Shown: positions 26,601-51,543 of the stretch, one piece after another
Numbering within the stretch: the stretch's first letter is position 1
Layout of the letters: each line of letters starts with the position of its first letter
Source: Auanema rhodensis
Taxonomy: Eukaryota > Animalia > Nematoda
Reading direction: 5' to 3'
Assembly (NCBI GenBank): GCA_964057225.1
Contig: OZ059896.1
Span: 8,928,001 to 8,992,000 of the forward strand
Length of the DNA: 64,000 bases
Made by a program: the position numbers and the translations under genes
Notes under the pieces: generated by a model
The model's input: the letters and a program-made list of their open reading frames with translations, nothing else
Database searches by the model: none
Told to the model about the DNA's origin: nothing

Positions 26601-29600
26601 AAAGAAGAATTGAGCTACCTTAGCTGAACGTAGCTCGCAGGGAAGAGTCCTTTCTGAGTTGGATCAGTGGCTTTATGCCCGGTCCACCATTCGGCATCAT
26701 CTTTGTTGTCAATCTTAACCAAAAATATAAAAAGCAAAAATAAAGATTAATTTACAATTATTAGATCTCCAGCAATGAAAGTCAACTCATCAGCTTGACC
26801 AGCTGAATAATCAAACAATGCAGAAGCAGTCACTTCATTTGTTCCGGAACTGCTTTCCTGAAATTACCTTGTTCATTAAATTCTCTATAAACATTTAAAC
26901 CTCAACGGGAACAACATAATCTCCAGGGAACCATCCAGCAACTGGATTACCATCACGAACAGTTTCACCTTCCCACCATCCAGAATCACTCTTTTCTCGA
27001 ACCGATATCTCATCACCAACTCGGACAGTCAATTGATTGTCAGCCGTAGCATCAAAATCAGCAACAACTCTCACACGACAAAGAATAGTGCATTGTGGTG
27101 GTGATTGAGGCTGGGAAGGAACAGGAGCTTAAAATTAATGAATAATTCTCCAATTTTATTGACGGTACCCTACCAGATTCTATTTTTTCTACGTAATTAG
27201 CTGGGAAAATTCCTTCCTTTCCGTTGCATCGTCCTTTCCACCAAGACTCATTCCTAAATATGAAATAGTTCTTAAGTTCATATATTAATTTATCATACTG
27301 TTCCAAAACTAAAATTTTTTCTCCAACTGTTAAAGAAAGATCAGTTGCCTCGACAGCTTCAAATTCATACATGACTACATACCACTCACCAGGTGTATCT
27401 TAAAATATATTTTTCAAAAATTCCAATAATTCATATTCTACCTTTGGACGGTGATTTAGGAGATGAAGCAGCTATGTTTTGAATAGCTGAGTTAATGGAT
27501 GGAAGGGTAGCCGAAGAAATAGAAGCTTGACGAGAATTGACATAGCTTGGTTGAGGAGTTGCGGGAGAGGTCTGCGTAGGAGTAGCTTTATCAAATGATT
27601 GAGTGAAAGATGCTGGCTTTGATGGTGATTGAACTTTGACATAGCTTTTAGGGAACCATCCTACAGAACCATCGCTCTTTTTTCCACACCATTTCATCTC
27701 TTGTTGTTTGATAACCTAAAACATGATCTTCAATCTAATCAGATTATCCGAATAACCTCAATTGTATCTCCCTTAGCAAAAGACAAGTCTCCTTCATTTC
27801 TTGCTTTCCATGGGAACTGAGCAACACATACACATATCACTGACTCCGAGTTATTCAATTGTTCTGAATCATGAATAAATTATAAAAATTACACAATTAT
27901 TTAATACCATCAGTAAAACTAGATGCAATATTTTTTACGACAGCTTCTTCAGGAATTCTGTCTAAAGAGGGAGAAGGGGTAACGTTAGGTGGCATATTTT
28001 GTATTGGCTGGGCGATTGAAGAGTTAACCGAAGCGATAGGTTCAGCAAACGCTTCAGGGAACCATCCCACCTAAACAGATTATGACAAAGAATATAATTG
28101 AGGTTTACAAACCTTTTCCTTGATTTGACCAGCTCTCCAACCAGGTTCTGAAGCATGGCCTTCAAACACAAGAATGACATCTCCTGGTTGAAAAGATAAC
28201 TCGTCTTCGGTGCGAGCAACAAACTCGAAAATAGCTCTATATTTAGTTGTTCCAGTGGTTGTAGCATTAGGTAAACTGGTAGTCATGCCATCTTTAATGA
28301 AATTTTTTTTGAAACGAAGACTAAGGAAAATTTACTTGTTTTTAGGTCACTATGACCCGAGCTTAGTGAGGTTGTCATCACAGATTGTTTTGATTCTTCA
28401 AAAGGTGCAGGAGGTTGGGCAAATGATCCTCCTGCTTCATTGAGTTTTGCTCGAGCTTGCCCTTGTAAATTATGAAGATTTGTTAAAATTTTACGATACT
28501 CTTCTCTTAGTTTAAGCAACTCTGATCGCTTTCCCTCATAAAGACTCTTTTTCTGAAACACAATTTAAAGAAAAATAATCATGAACCGATGGAGTACCTC
28601 AACACAGAGCCGTGTTTGATTAACAGTTCTTTCTTTTGATTGTTGCAATTGCTCTCTCAAACTTTCCACAGCTGATTTGGCAATATCACGACTTTTAATT
28701 GTATTTTCAAGTTCCGATTTACGAGCTGCGGTTTCTTTATTGGCACTTTGAAGTTGTAGAAGTTGATGAGCCAGTTCTTGAGCTTGAACGCTAAGCTAAA
28801 AACCATTTAGTTAACTTTTTTGTTATCTTTGAAAAATTATACAGCTTGATTAGCTATTTGTAAGTCCTGAATAATTTTGATCTTTCCATCTCGGCTTTCC
28901 CTCATTTTTTCAATAGATTCAGTGATTTCAGCAATTTTATCTCGAGCCTTAAAAGAAAGTTATAAGTCTGAGAAAATATGAAATTGGCATTACAGCAGTA
29001 ACATCATTGTTCAGATCACATGTCTTCTCATCCAATGCTTGCAATTGGAATCCTAACGTTTTCTGTCTCTGTTGACGTTGAGCAGATCTTTCCATTTCTT
29101 GCTGTTTTTGATTCTGAGCACGAACAAGTTCTCTATGCCTTCACTCAGAATAACTACCTGTAGAGCTTTAAGTCGTGCTTTTTCCATTTCTATCAATCGT
29201 TGTTTCTCTGCTTCTCTCCTAGCAATCTCACGTTCAGCTTCGCGAATCTTCTCTTGTTCCAGACGTGCTTCTTCCTGCATCCTGAATCGCTCTAAAAAGA
29301 AATATACAATTGAAGATATGATTAAATCCAAAACACCAACCTAGCTCAAGTTGTCTTTCAGCTTCTCTCTGTCGTTCTTTCTCCAAACGTTCCCTCTCCC
29401 GTTTTTCCATTTCTTCTCGTTCTCGTTTTTCTATCTCTGCTCTACGTCGATGTTCCTAACACATCATTGGGTTATTTAAGTTACTGCAAGAGAATAGAAA
29501 CCTCTTCCATAAGAATTTGTCTTCTACGTTCCAGTTCGGCTTGGCCTTTAGCAAAGTTATCCATACGCTTATCTTCGAAAGTTTTGGGAGCTGGACTCTT

Positions 29601-30727
29601 TTGCGCAGGTGGAGCACCAGGCTCTAGCTATAAAACATATCAAAATAACAGTAACTAGTTTTAATTTAAATACCTGTGGGCTGTTATTAGCAGATCGAGA
29701 TAAGCCGCACATTTGAACTAACTCGGGAGGAACAGAGTCAGGCAGAGCATATCCAGCCTAAAAAAATATGTGAGCTCTGAATAGTGAAAATATCGCACTT
29801 TGCTCATATCTATTAGATGCATAGCAATGCAGAATTCATCCACATTTAACTTTCCATCTTTATTAACATCGGAAAGCCCCCAAATGTGAGCTAACAACGG
29901 GGTAGGTAATCCAGACATACCCAGAGCACTTCGTCCCGCTTGCCCTGTGAGAAAACCGACTCTTTGCTAAAATGATTAAGCTCATGAAAAAAACAAAAAA
30001 ATTTTACAACCTTATCCAACTGATTGAAATGTTGGCTATATTTTAATTTATTATTATGAGGAATAGTCCAATTGCCGCATTGCTTACCGCCTCCCAAAAC
30101 ACCCGTGGGAGTACCTAGAAATAAATGCTCATCAACTCAAAAATGCGTTTTTGAAAAAGTTACTTGGCACTGGTGGGCGACCGGGTGGATTGTGGCCAGC
30201 ACTAGAAGGATAGCTGGGCATTGATTGTTTCATAGGAGACCCATAGCTCATTGAAGACATATTCATTACTGGAAAATTATAATATTTTGGAAACTAGAAA
30301 GAAATATTACCATTAGGAGTTGACATGTTCATCATTGGATTTGGCCCCATATTCATAGGAGCAGCTTGAATGTTATAACCCCCATTCATACTTGGAATCT
30401 GCAGAAGAGAAGGTGGTAGGGTAGGAGGTAAAGACGCTCCTGCTATGCAATTTCTAGTCAGTCTCATAGCGATGGAGAATTCACACTCATTTAGCATACC
30501 ATCTTTATCAGTATCAGATAGAGCCCACACCTTCAATGTTTGAATATTATAGAGGATATGAAATAAGTTTGAACCTGAGCAAGAAGCTGTGGAGACAAGT
30601 TACTCTTCATCAATACAGTTCTAGCTGTGTTTCCATCGATTTTTCCCATTTGAGGATTCAATGAAGAAAACTGAGCTAGGTTAGATTGATGTTCGGCAGG
30701 AGTTACCTCCCACATTATTTGACTCAT
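23692..30727 (-). CDS. itsn-1: Intersectin, long isoform: EH-EH-coiled coil-5xSH3-DH(RhoGEF)-PH-C2
   Basis: Two EH domains (VWALSDTDKDGML, IWGLSDVNKDGKL), an E/R/K/Q coiled coil and five SH3 domains. An in-frame splice across 26618-25862 then leads to DH (ELITTEERYLGDL, IPLGRVTRYPLL, VNQAVKE), PH (LFNDFLLL, KLWTKEI) and C2-like (GRLLVEIL) domains. Stop TAA at 23692-23694. Confidence 0.88.
26615..30727 (-). CDS. itsn-1: Intersectin, short isoform (EH-EH-CC-5xSH3)
   Basis: SH3E ends PASYVQLR followed directly by TAG (26617-26615) if the donor at 26618 is not used. A candidate AATAAA lies at ~26144-26139 inside the 757-nt intron. Confidence 0.85.
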
Positions 30728-30988
30728 GGTTTCTAAAAAATTTCTTAAGAATAACTTAAATAAATAAAAACCTACATAAATAGTTATATATACACCTTAA
30801 ACTTTACAAAATGACTATGTTAGAAGCCCATAAAACCTGCAAAAATTTAAGTTAACGAAACAAATAGAAACGTAGAAACGAAATAATGAAAGATAAACAA
30901 ATCATGAGAATATAAACAGATATTATATTTTCAGCAGAAAACGAGAGGAAGTATTGCTTTATAGAGTGCTAGAAGTAGAGAGTACGCT

Positions 30989-31113
30989 TTAGGAATATTC
31001 GCAAGAGAATATCGACAAAGGCTGAATTCCATTCCCCTAGTAGGAAGAACATCGATTGTGTGCAGCTAGGACTTCAACCCACGAAAATGCAATTGCACAT
31101 ATAGAGAACAATT
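30989..31113 (+). ncRNA. Candidate box H/ACA snoRNA
   Basis: About 125 nt with a hairpin - AGAACA (H box, 31046-31051) - hairpin (TGTGTGCAG/TTGCACATA) - ACA (31108-31110) layout, followed by a T-run. Folding was judged by eye only. Confidence 0.3.
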
Positions 31114-31306
31114 TTCTAGAAGGAAAGGTTAAACGACTCAAAACTTTAGAATGTAATAGATAAAATATAAAGTAATAATCTGAATATTTACAGAATTATG
31201 AGATACTTTGTTATTCGTATCGTTAACTAGCTTAAGAAAACATTTACATATCCGATCCGGTTAATACTACAATTTAATTAAATAAAAATATTAATAAATT
31301 GTTTAG

Positions 31307-32039
31307 TTATGGTCTTCCTCGGTTCGGATGACCAGCATCAGTCCTTTTAGCTGGTGGTTGACCACCACCACCTCCGGCATTAGGGTTAAAAGCAGGCGGC
31401 CGTTTGGAACCGGAAAAACCACCTCTACTAGCCGAATTTCTTCTCGGGTCTCCACTTGATACCTTAACATTACCATATTAAAATTGCAGAAAGATATAAT
31501 AGAAAAACCTCTCCATCTTCAGGAGGGGAACCTTTGCGTGCTCGTTCATTTGCGGCATATTGGGCATTATATTCACTGATATTGGGAACTTCACTATATA
31601 CCATGAAAAAATCTCCTAATCTCATACATTCTCCATTTCTTCCACAACTTAGTGTGAGGGATCCCTTTAAGTATAATCATTACTTTCAAATTTACTAAAT
31701 ATACGTACTCTGTGAACATTCGTGTACCCGTTTTTAAGTCTAATGATATCACCAGGTTGAAAAGCTTCAATGAGATCAGGGCTACGAAGTGATAAAGTTG
31801 CAGATCCGGTGGGGTCAGCAACTTTTAATGTCTGTATAGTATCGCCATTCATTGTACGAAAATGTTGACCTAGATAAAAACTATGTAGTCCAAATGTGGG
31901 ATTTGTTATCAGTCTCTATATATATAAACAAACCTAATTCTAAAACTATGAATTGAATATTAACACCGGTCATTTGTGGAAGTAATTGATGAATTTTAAC
32001 ATATTCAGTACTTTGTTGATGAGGAGGTACAACTGACAT
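31307..32039 (-). CDS. nabp-1: SOSS complex subunit B / NABP (OB-fold ssDNA-binding protein), 4 exons
   Basis: VNIQFIVLELG, TLKVADPTGS, FQPGDIIRLKNGY and LGDFFMVYSEVPNISE match the hSSB1/NABP OB fold. Gly/Pro/Arg-rich tail. Stop at 31307-31309. Confidence 0.92.
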
Positions 32040-34178
32040 TCCTAAGAAAGAGTTCAAAGTCAGTTGATAATCACAGTCAAATGATGGAAAAGATGTTTGA
32101 AACCACACTTTTCAAACCAGGGGATTAAGCATGTTTCAGAAGTTGGGTTAAGAATTGATCGCTGACTAAACAACCTGCTAAAATACGTAATCACGTATCT
32201 GCTACTTACCGTTTCGGGTAAATGCATTGGGGGATCATTCAGTGAGGGTTTATTTTTTGAATCAGGCTGCTGTCCGCTTCAATATATCTGAAAATTTATG
32301 AATAAATTTCTAAGTTTTTCATTTGTTTTTGAATATATCTGACTTTATTGAGTTCAAATATTGCTGAAATCAAGCTGTTAATTTTCTCTTTTCGCTTATT
32401 TTTCAAACGAAGGTTGAAAATTTTGTGTAAGGGTTTAGCACAATATGATACAATTGCATGAAAGCCTAAAGATATGAATGATAGGATTATAAAGATTAAT
32501 ATTGTAAATTTGAAGGACAACCGCTCTGTACCGCATAAAATGAATAAATGAATAAAACGTTGATTATGGAAGGATCGTTAATAGCCTGATAGTATCACGT
32601 CACACATATTTGAATTATTTTAATTAACCCAATCCAATTTTTCTAGAATAAAATAAATATAATTCAGCAATTCTTTCGAAAGTAGTACACTATTTTTTTG
32701 GATTTTTGATGATTTCTTTATTTTGTACCAAAAAAGTCATTTGTTCTGGTTGAAAAGTGAAAATGTATATCTCCAAGAATATAATCGAATGAAGGTAATG
32801 AACATTGAGAAGTAATAGAATTAGCCCCAATTATACGAGATGGCTCACATATATTCTTAAGAAACATAATCTAATTATACTTATTGAACGTAATTAATAA
32901 TTTAATGTTTTGTTATTTAACTTTACCTTAAATTATTAATAATTTTTTATATTAATAATATTCGCTAATATTAATATTTCCCAAATACTCAGTAAAATAA
33001 GTTTGATTTATCTAATTTATACTCGTTAGTTGATCATACACTTAACGCTGTTTAGGCTCAAAAGGACTTCAAATTGAACCTCTTCTTTTAGAAGCTCCTG
33101 CTGTGCAGATCAATCATACGGCCATCTGTACATAAGAAAGCCAACGAGCCACCAATAAAATCACCTTAGAACGATGAAGCCATCTGTCTGTCATATTCTT
33201 CTTCGGTAATGAACTTTGAAGGAGGTGGATTGAGATGATTTGGGTGATTCAAACTGACTGCTGACCTATTGTTTAGTTGGTTTAACCTTTAACTTTGCCA
33301 TTGAAAGCTATATAGTGTGAGAACATTTTGTTTTTATTTGTTGTTTATGCTATGTATTTGTAAAATATATTGTAAATAACTTTAAACATTATAATTTAAT
33401 TAGCTTTATTGGTCATAGTATATGAATACACGACATATAAGGAGTGAAGTGCGATAAATGTTATTTGCAGTGCAAAACAGTTGGTCTTCTGTTAAAAATC
33501 CGTAGTAGGAAGGATGATAGAAAAAACTCTGATTTGGGAAGAAAATTAAAAAAAAGTTGCAACCAATTAGATAAATGGGAAGACAAGTGATAAGCTGATT
33601 AGTTGGGTGGAATTTAAACCAACATGACAAGCGACTAGTTGACAATTAAATAAAAACAAGCAAATATACAACTTGGGCTCTATATGAAGAATAGACAATT
33701 CTTTTGCTTAGGCATTAAAGCATATCTAGGATTACACCTGTTTCCAAAATTAAGCTGAGTCCAATAAAACTGGACTTAATGCAAATAACAAAGTTGACAA
33801 AAAAAACTGAAAAGGAATTCAAGTGATAAAACCAAATTGACAAGCTGGAGTACTTGAGGAAGAAAGATTGAGGCATTAAGTCTTCAAACATCAAACGAAA
33901 TTATGTATATATACATATACATATATATGGAATTAATTTTAAATAATTAACAAATAACACCGGCAATATCATAGAAGCTAGGTTTTTGAGTAAAATTTTG
34001 TAAAATTTTTCTCGGAAAAAGAAAAATGATACAAAAAATTTTGGACAAGAAACACAACATGATTTGATGGTTAGTTGTGAATGAAATTAAATGTTTGAAT
34101 TTTGCCAGATTAAATAAACTTCCATATATAGTATATAGTATAGAGACAAAATGAAACTAAAAATAACTATATACAACA

Positions 34179-34450
34179 TAGCACCATATCTTAAATAGCG
34201 GCAGTAAACTGTAAAAGGCAGAATGTAAGCGCAGTAAAAATGCATTGAGCTGAAGACTTAGACGACGAGGGCGACAATAAAGTCAGGAATTCATATATAA
34301 AGGTAAATAATTATAATTATAATTATAAATAATTATATATATATTTATATATTTATATGTATTGAGTATAAGGAGTAAGAATGTAAATTCTAAGCGACAT
34401 GGCAAGAACAGGATAGCTGGAGTGAGTTGGTTGTAGATCAATGAGATCAT
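34179..34450 (-). promoter_or_regulatory. zag-1 3' UTR segment with miRNA seed-match sites
   Basis: On the minus strand: ATGATCTCA (34450-34442), TTCTTGCCA (34408-34400) and ATATGGTGCTA (34189-34179). Confidence 0.5.
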
Positions 34451-34531
34451 ATTGGGAAAACTCAGGAAAAGAGATAAATATGGAAAAGTGAATAAAAGGA
34501 TGAATTATTTTTGTATTTTATAATTGGAATA

Positions 34532-47028
<12,497 letters not shown>

Positions 47029-50000
47029 TCGGAACCGTCCGTTACAGGTGTTCTGAAGATAAAAAATATAAGATAATTAGATGAAATAAGTATAAGTAAT
47101 ATGACAAGAAGATAAAAAAACATAAAGAAAGTAATACAAATTTTAAAAAAATCAGTTAAACAGTTAACTATAGTATTCAATATGTTATATTATAGAAGTT
47201 AAGAATATAAAATAGAATAAAATCTTAATATTGTATCAAATACACACATATTTATATTTAAAAAAATGATAATTATGATTAGGTAAATCGGGAAAGCTTT
47301 GGAACATCGATGGCAGCAGCACCAACCAGTTCTCTGTCCTGACACTGCTTCCATCGCTCATGGTCCTCAGAGCTCGTTTGTTTTGGCAGCGAATAGGAAA
47401 ACAAGCTGGCAAATAATAAGAGAACAATAGGCAAAAGAGGCTTTCAGAAAACAGAAGAAACACTACCGTATATGACACGTACGTATGTATCTTAAAGGTC
47501 TATCGGTTTGTGTGGTCTTTGTGGGGCAATAGGATAAGATATCGTTGCCGTCGAGATGAAACAGACGGCTGCCTTCAGTATTATCCTCAGATTTGAGCAA
47601 AAAGGGTAGATAGGCTGTTAAATTGGCGCCTGCGAGTTACTTGGAAGCATTTAAGAGCATTGAAATAGACAAACTATGTGATTATGAAGTGCTCATGAGC
47701 AGTTTATAACAAAGACTAGACAAATCATTAAACAAAGAAGAATAAAAGATAGATTTGAATATGTTTCATAGTTTGAATATTGAATAATAATAATTAGAAG
47801 ATAATTAATTTAGAATGGTCATATCAGTTGACTAAACCAGGAAGCATGTAGCAGCAATAAAGTCAGAATCTCGTATGAAACGGGAAGAAGATTCAAATGG
47901 TGTGGTCTGTCCAGCTAAGGAGAACAGACTCAGATGCGGATCATCCTGCTGCTCCACCTCTCTCGCTCCTCCCACTCGGCTTTCTCAAGGTCCTGATGGG
48001 AGGGACCAGGGAGGGCAGGGGGTAAGATCGGCTGTCCTCGTAGCACATGGTCGATCGATGGCCACCAACACCGGCAGCACCACCCCTGATGAGATCGACG
48101 TGGTTCGTCGTCGACCACTATGAGAGAAAACGAAATAGTCGAGAAAATTGAAAGAGAAGGAAAGGAAAGGAAAAATGAAAGAGGGAAGAGAAAGTAAGGT
48201 GTAGAAGAATGAGGGTGAGTGTAAGGAAGAGAGAGAGAGGGACGAAAACAAAGCTTTCATCGGAGCTCGTCATCATCGTTGTTCAGGAGAGAAGTATTCC
48301 AAATATAAACAGGCAAAAGCTGCTTATGATTCAGTTAGCATGACCAGAAGAAGGCCGGGAGGAGTAATCAGATGTCAAAAAAAAAATTTGTTTTAATTAA
48401 TCAAGACTGATGGCCACACATACACACTCACAACGTGAAAAATATGAAGGAAATTGAAGAGGAAAAGAGCCTAGAAAGAGATTCTAATGAGTAGTACACC
48501 GATACACATATGTACATACAAACACATACAAGCGGCGAAAGCCTGACGAGCTTTCACGGACGAGACAAGAGACTCGTTCTCATTCATTTGCCCATATTTG
48601 TACGTGAATCCAACAACCTCTTCCAGCCTGGTATTCATATAATATATATATAGTATATAATATATAAGATTATATATTTATACATATGTATGTTTTGTAA
48701 TATTACAGGAGGTTACAACTATTAACTGGAAGACTGCTTTCCACTTTCATTATCTTTTCAGATATTCGGCTGCTGCATTTGAACCGTGTATATCACGGAA
48801 ATTCTACGGTGAAATTGGAAGAATCACAGGATAACTCGCCATTCCCCTCATTCTTGTCGTAACAATCAAATTTCAAAGATGGAATCGCCAATTTGACGAA
48901 AAAAGAAGCCGTTTACTGGCGTGTGAAAGCAACTAGGCAAGTCAGATGATTAACGTGGGTAGGTGCCGTGAAAGCTGCCCAACTAAACCCGTGCGCCTGC
49001 CCGTGTGTGTGAGACTAGTTGACTCAACTCAACTCACTGCCTAGTTGGTTGACTGGACGGCTGGTATTTTGCCCCATGGGGATTCACCGACATCCATGAT
49101 GAAGACGATGATGACGGCATCAGTTAGACCACACGAACAGGATGGTAGTTGGACCTCACAAGCATTATTTGCCAATGCATCAGATTGAATAACAAGAAGA
49201 AAAAAATTGATAAAGCTGTTTGATGGTATGAAACACAGTAACTGCATTCTGAGCGGATTGTGGTCGTCAAAAGATAGTTTATAGTTTGTACAATGGCTAT
49301 TCTATGAACTTTCGAGAAAATTTAAGCAAATCGGTAGCATCTTATGGGAGAAGCGAAAGAAAAGGAAGAGCGGAAACAGAATAAAACGAGAGCGATAGGA
49401 AGACACGGAAAAAGAAAGACAGAGAGGTAGCATTGAAGAGGTAGCTTGTCGTCTCACGATAAGCGTTTTCCAAGTGGTTGTCTACCCGCGAAGAGTGGAG
49501 ATTTTGCCAGAGCACATCAAGCAGTAGAGGAACAAGAACATACGTGGCCAGCACCGTTAAAGGAAGATGATGAAGTAGATTTAGAAGAGGAATGTTTCGA
49601 ATACGAAGATGATGAAATGATGAAGATGAAGCCTATGACTACAAGAACGACGACGACGACAACGACGACGACTGATCATGATGGTGATGAAGAGGAAAAA
49701 AGAATTGGAGGAAAGAATAGAATAGAGTGAGAGAAGAACTAGAGAGACAGGGTGAAAGAGGAACAGGCAGTGGGGAAACAGAATTGAATCGAGAGAGAGA
49801 AAAAGAAAGAGGTGTTTACGTCGAAAGAGGCTCAATGTGTATGTATGTGGCAGAAGAAGAGCACAAGAAGCAGGAAGAAATGAGGAAGGTGTAGGCTAAA
49901 GCCAGCACAAGCTGAAAGACCAACGGCTCCTTCTATAATTTTTTCTCTCTTTCTCTCTCTTATAGTTTCTTTTTGTATCTCTCTCTCTCTCTCTCTTTCA

Positions 50001-51509
50001 ACTTATCAATGCATTTCCGTTTGTCTAACTTATTCTATCCGTAGATAGTATGTTTCTTCAGCTCATTTTATGATGTTTTCCTCTTGCCGTTCAATACGTT
50101 ATCATATTTTGATTGAGAACGAAGCGTAGTTTGAGATGGCTGGCTGAACGTTGAAGAAAAGGATTAAGTTGGAAAATCTTGTGATAGTTGAGTGCAATAA
50201 AGGAAATACGAATGCTACTGAGCAATAAAAGTACCTGAATTTGCTGTTGAAATTACGGGAGAGATGGGGGGGGAGGAAGGACAAAGAAAAAGAAGTAAAA
50301 GCGTTTCAGAGCAAGTACATATCGATGTGTGGATGCGTGATCTCCCTGGAGTATACGTAGTCGACAAACGAATTGTGGAAGATGTCAGCCAAACGACTAA
50401 GCACCTTGTAAGGACAAAATGCAAGGGAAAAAAGAAAATGTGACTGGTAAAGCTTGTCGTAGAAACAAGGAGACAAAGTTGAGTTTATGACCAAAACAGA
50501 AAGGATTACATGAGAGTCGCATTCAAGAGCTCACCGTCATTCACGAGCAACAACAACTTTCTCCTGGATGGTTGATGATGTTGAACATAATGTGCGGAAA
50601 ATTAAAAGAAAATGAGTGTTAATCAAGAAACATGAAACTTTTGAAATTATATGGACAACATAAAGGTTTAATTGTTAACTGAAACAATGAGTTTATCTGT
50701 AATTCTCATGATGCGAACGAGGCGGAATTGAATGATTCAACTTCAGCAGTATCTAAAGGTTTCGTCATCGAGAATGACTGGACGAAGTCATCAGATTCAT
50801 GAATACCGATTGTTTCTCATCTCATTTATCTACTTCTGTCCTCTCCGGCTCTCTCGTACTCTTTAGAATATGCATGTTGCAACATTGAAACATCATCCCG
50901 ATAATTCATTTAAAGGTTGAAAGTTCCGTTTAGTCCTTTTCTACGTTCATTATGATCAGTTTTTATGAAGATTATTCGTGAGAAAAGAAACAGTAGGTTT
51001 AAAAGTAATTAGTTATGAAAAATTTAATAAAAAGGACAAAAGGAAAAGGTTGATAATCTGAGTTATTGAAAGTAAAAAGAAGCAAACCTTGAACAATTCA
51101 TCTTTTACTCTCACACAGATCTGACTTCAATAAAAGATTGCCTTAGGCATTAGATACACACATATACACAAGCATTCGTTGAGCAAGAAAAGAAAAAAAA
51201 GAAAAAGAAGAAAAGGAAAGCTTGTTGCAGAGATGGTTCAATATGGACAACAAAGCATTCACAGATATAGACAGCTTCCCATTATGAATTAAATGCTTAA
51301 TATTATTAATACAATAATTAAGAGTGAATAGATAAAGTAGAGAGAGAAAGAGAAAGAGAAAGAGAGAGAGAAAAGGGAAGACAGAGAGAGACATGGAGAT
51401 AATATAAATTGAGAGAAAAAAAGAAAAATGAATGAAGAAATATTATATGTATACCCTATGTTTCTTCGGTTGCAATTCAACGAAAAAGTTGAAATGAGGA
51501 AAGAAAACT

Positions 51510-51542
<33 letters not shown>
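51510..51542. repeat. (AG)n microsatellite
   Basis: Direct reading. Confidence 0.9.

Positions 51543-51543
<1 letters not shown>

Noticed and set aside
33166-33326. Possible minus-strand micro-gene (AAAATG TTC TCA... and ...PPPSKFITEEEYDRQMASSF*)
   Set aside because: The ATG frame stops after 14 codons and no suitably sized, in-phase intron joins the two parts.
47875-48260. GC-rich block with overlapping ORFs on both strands upstream of zag-1
   Set aside because: No recognisable protein and no convincing donor linking it to the 47053 acceptor; more likely promoter or enhancer DNA.
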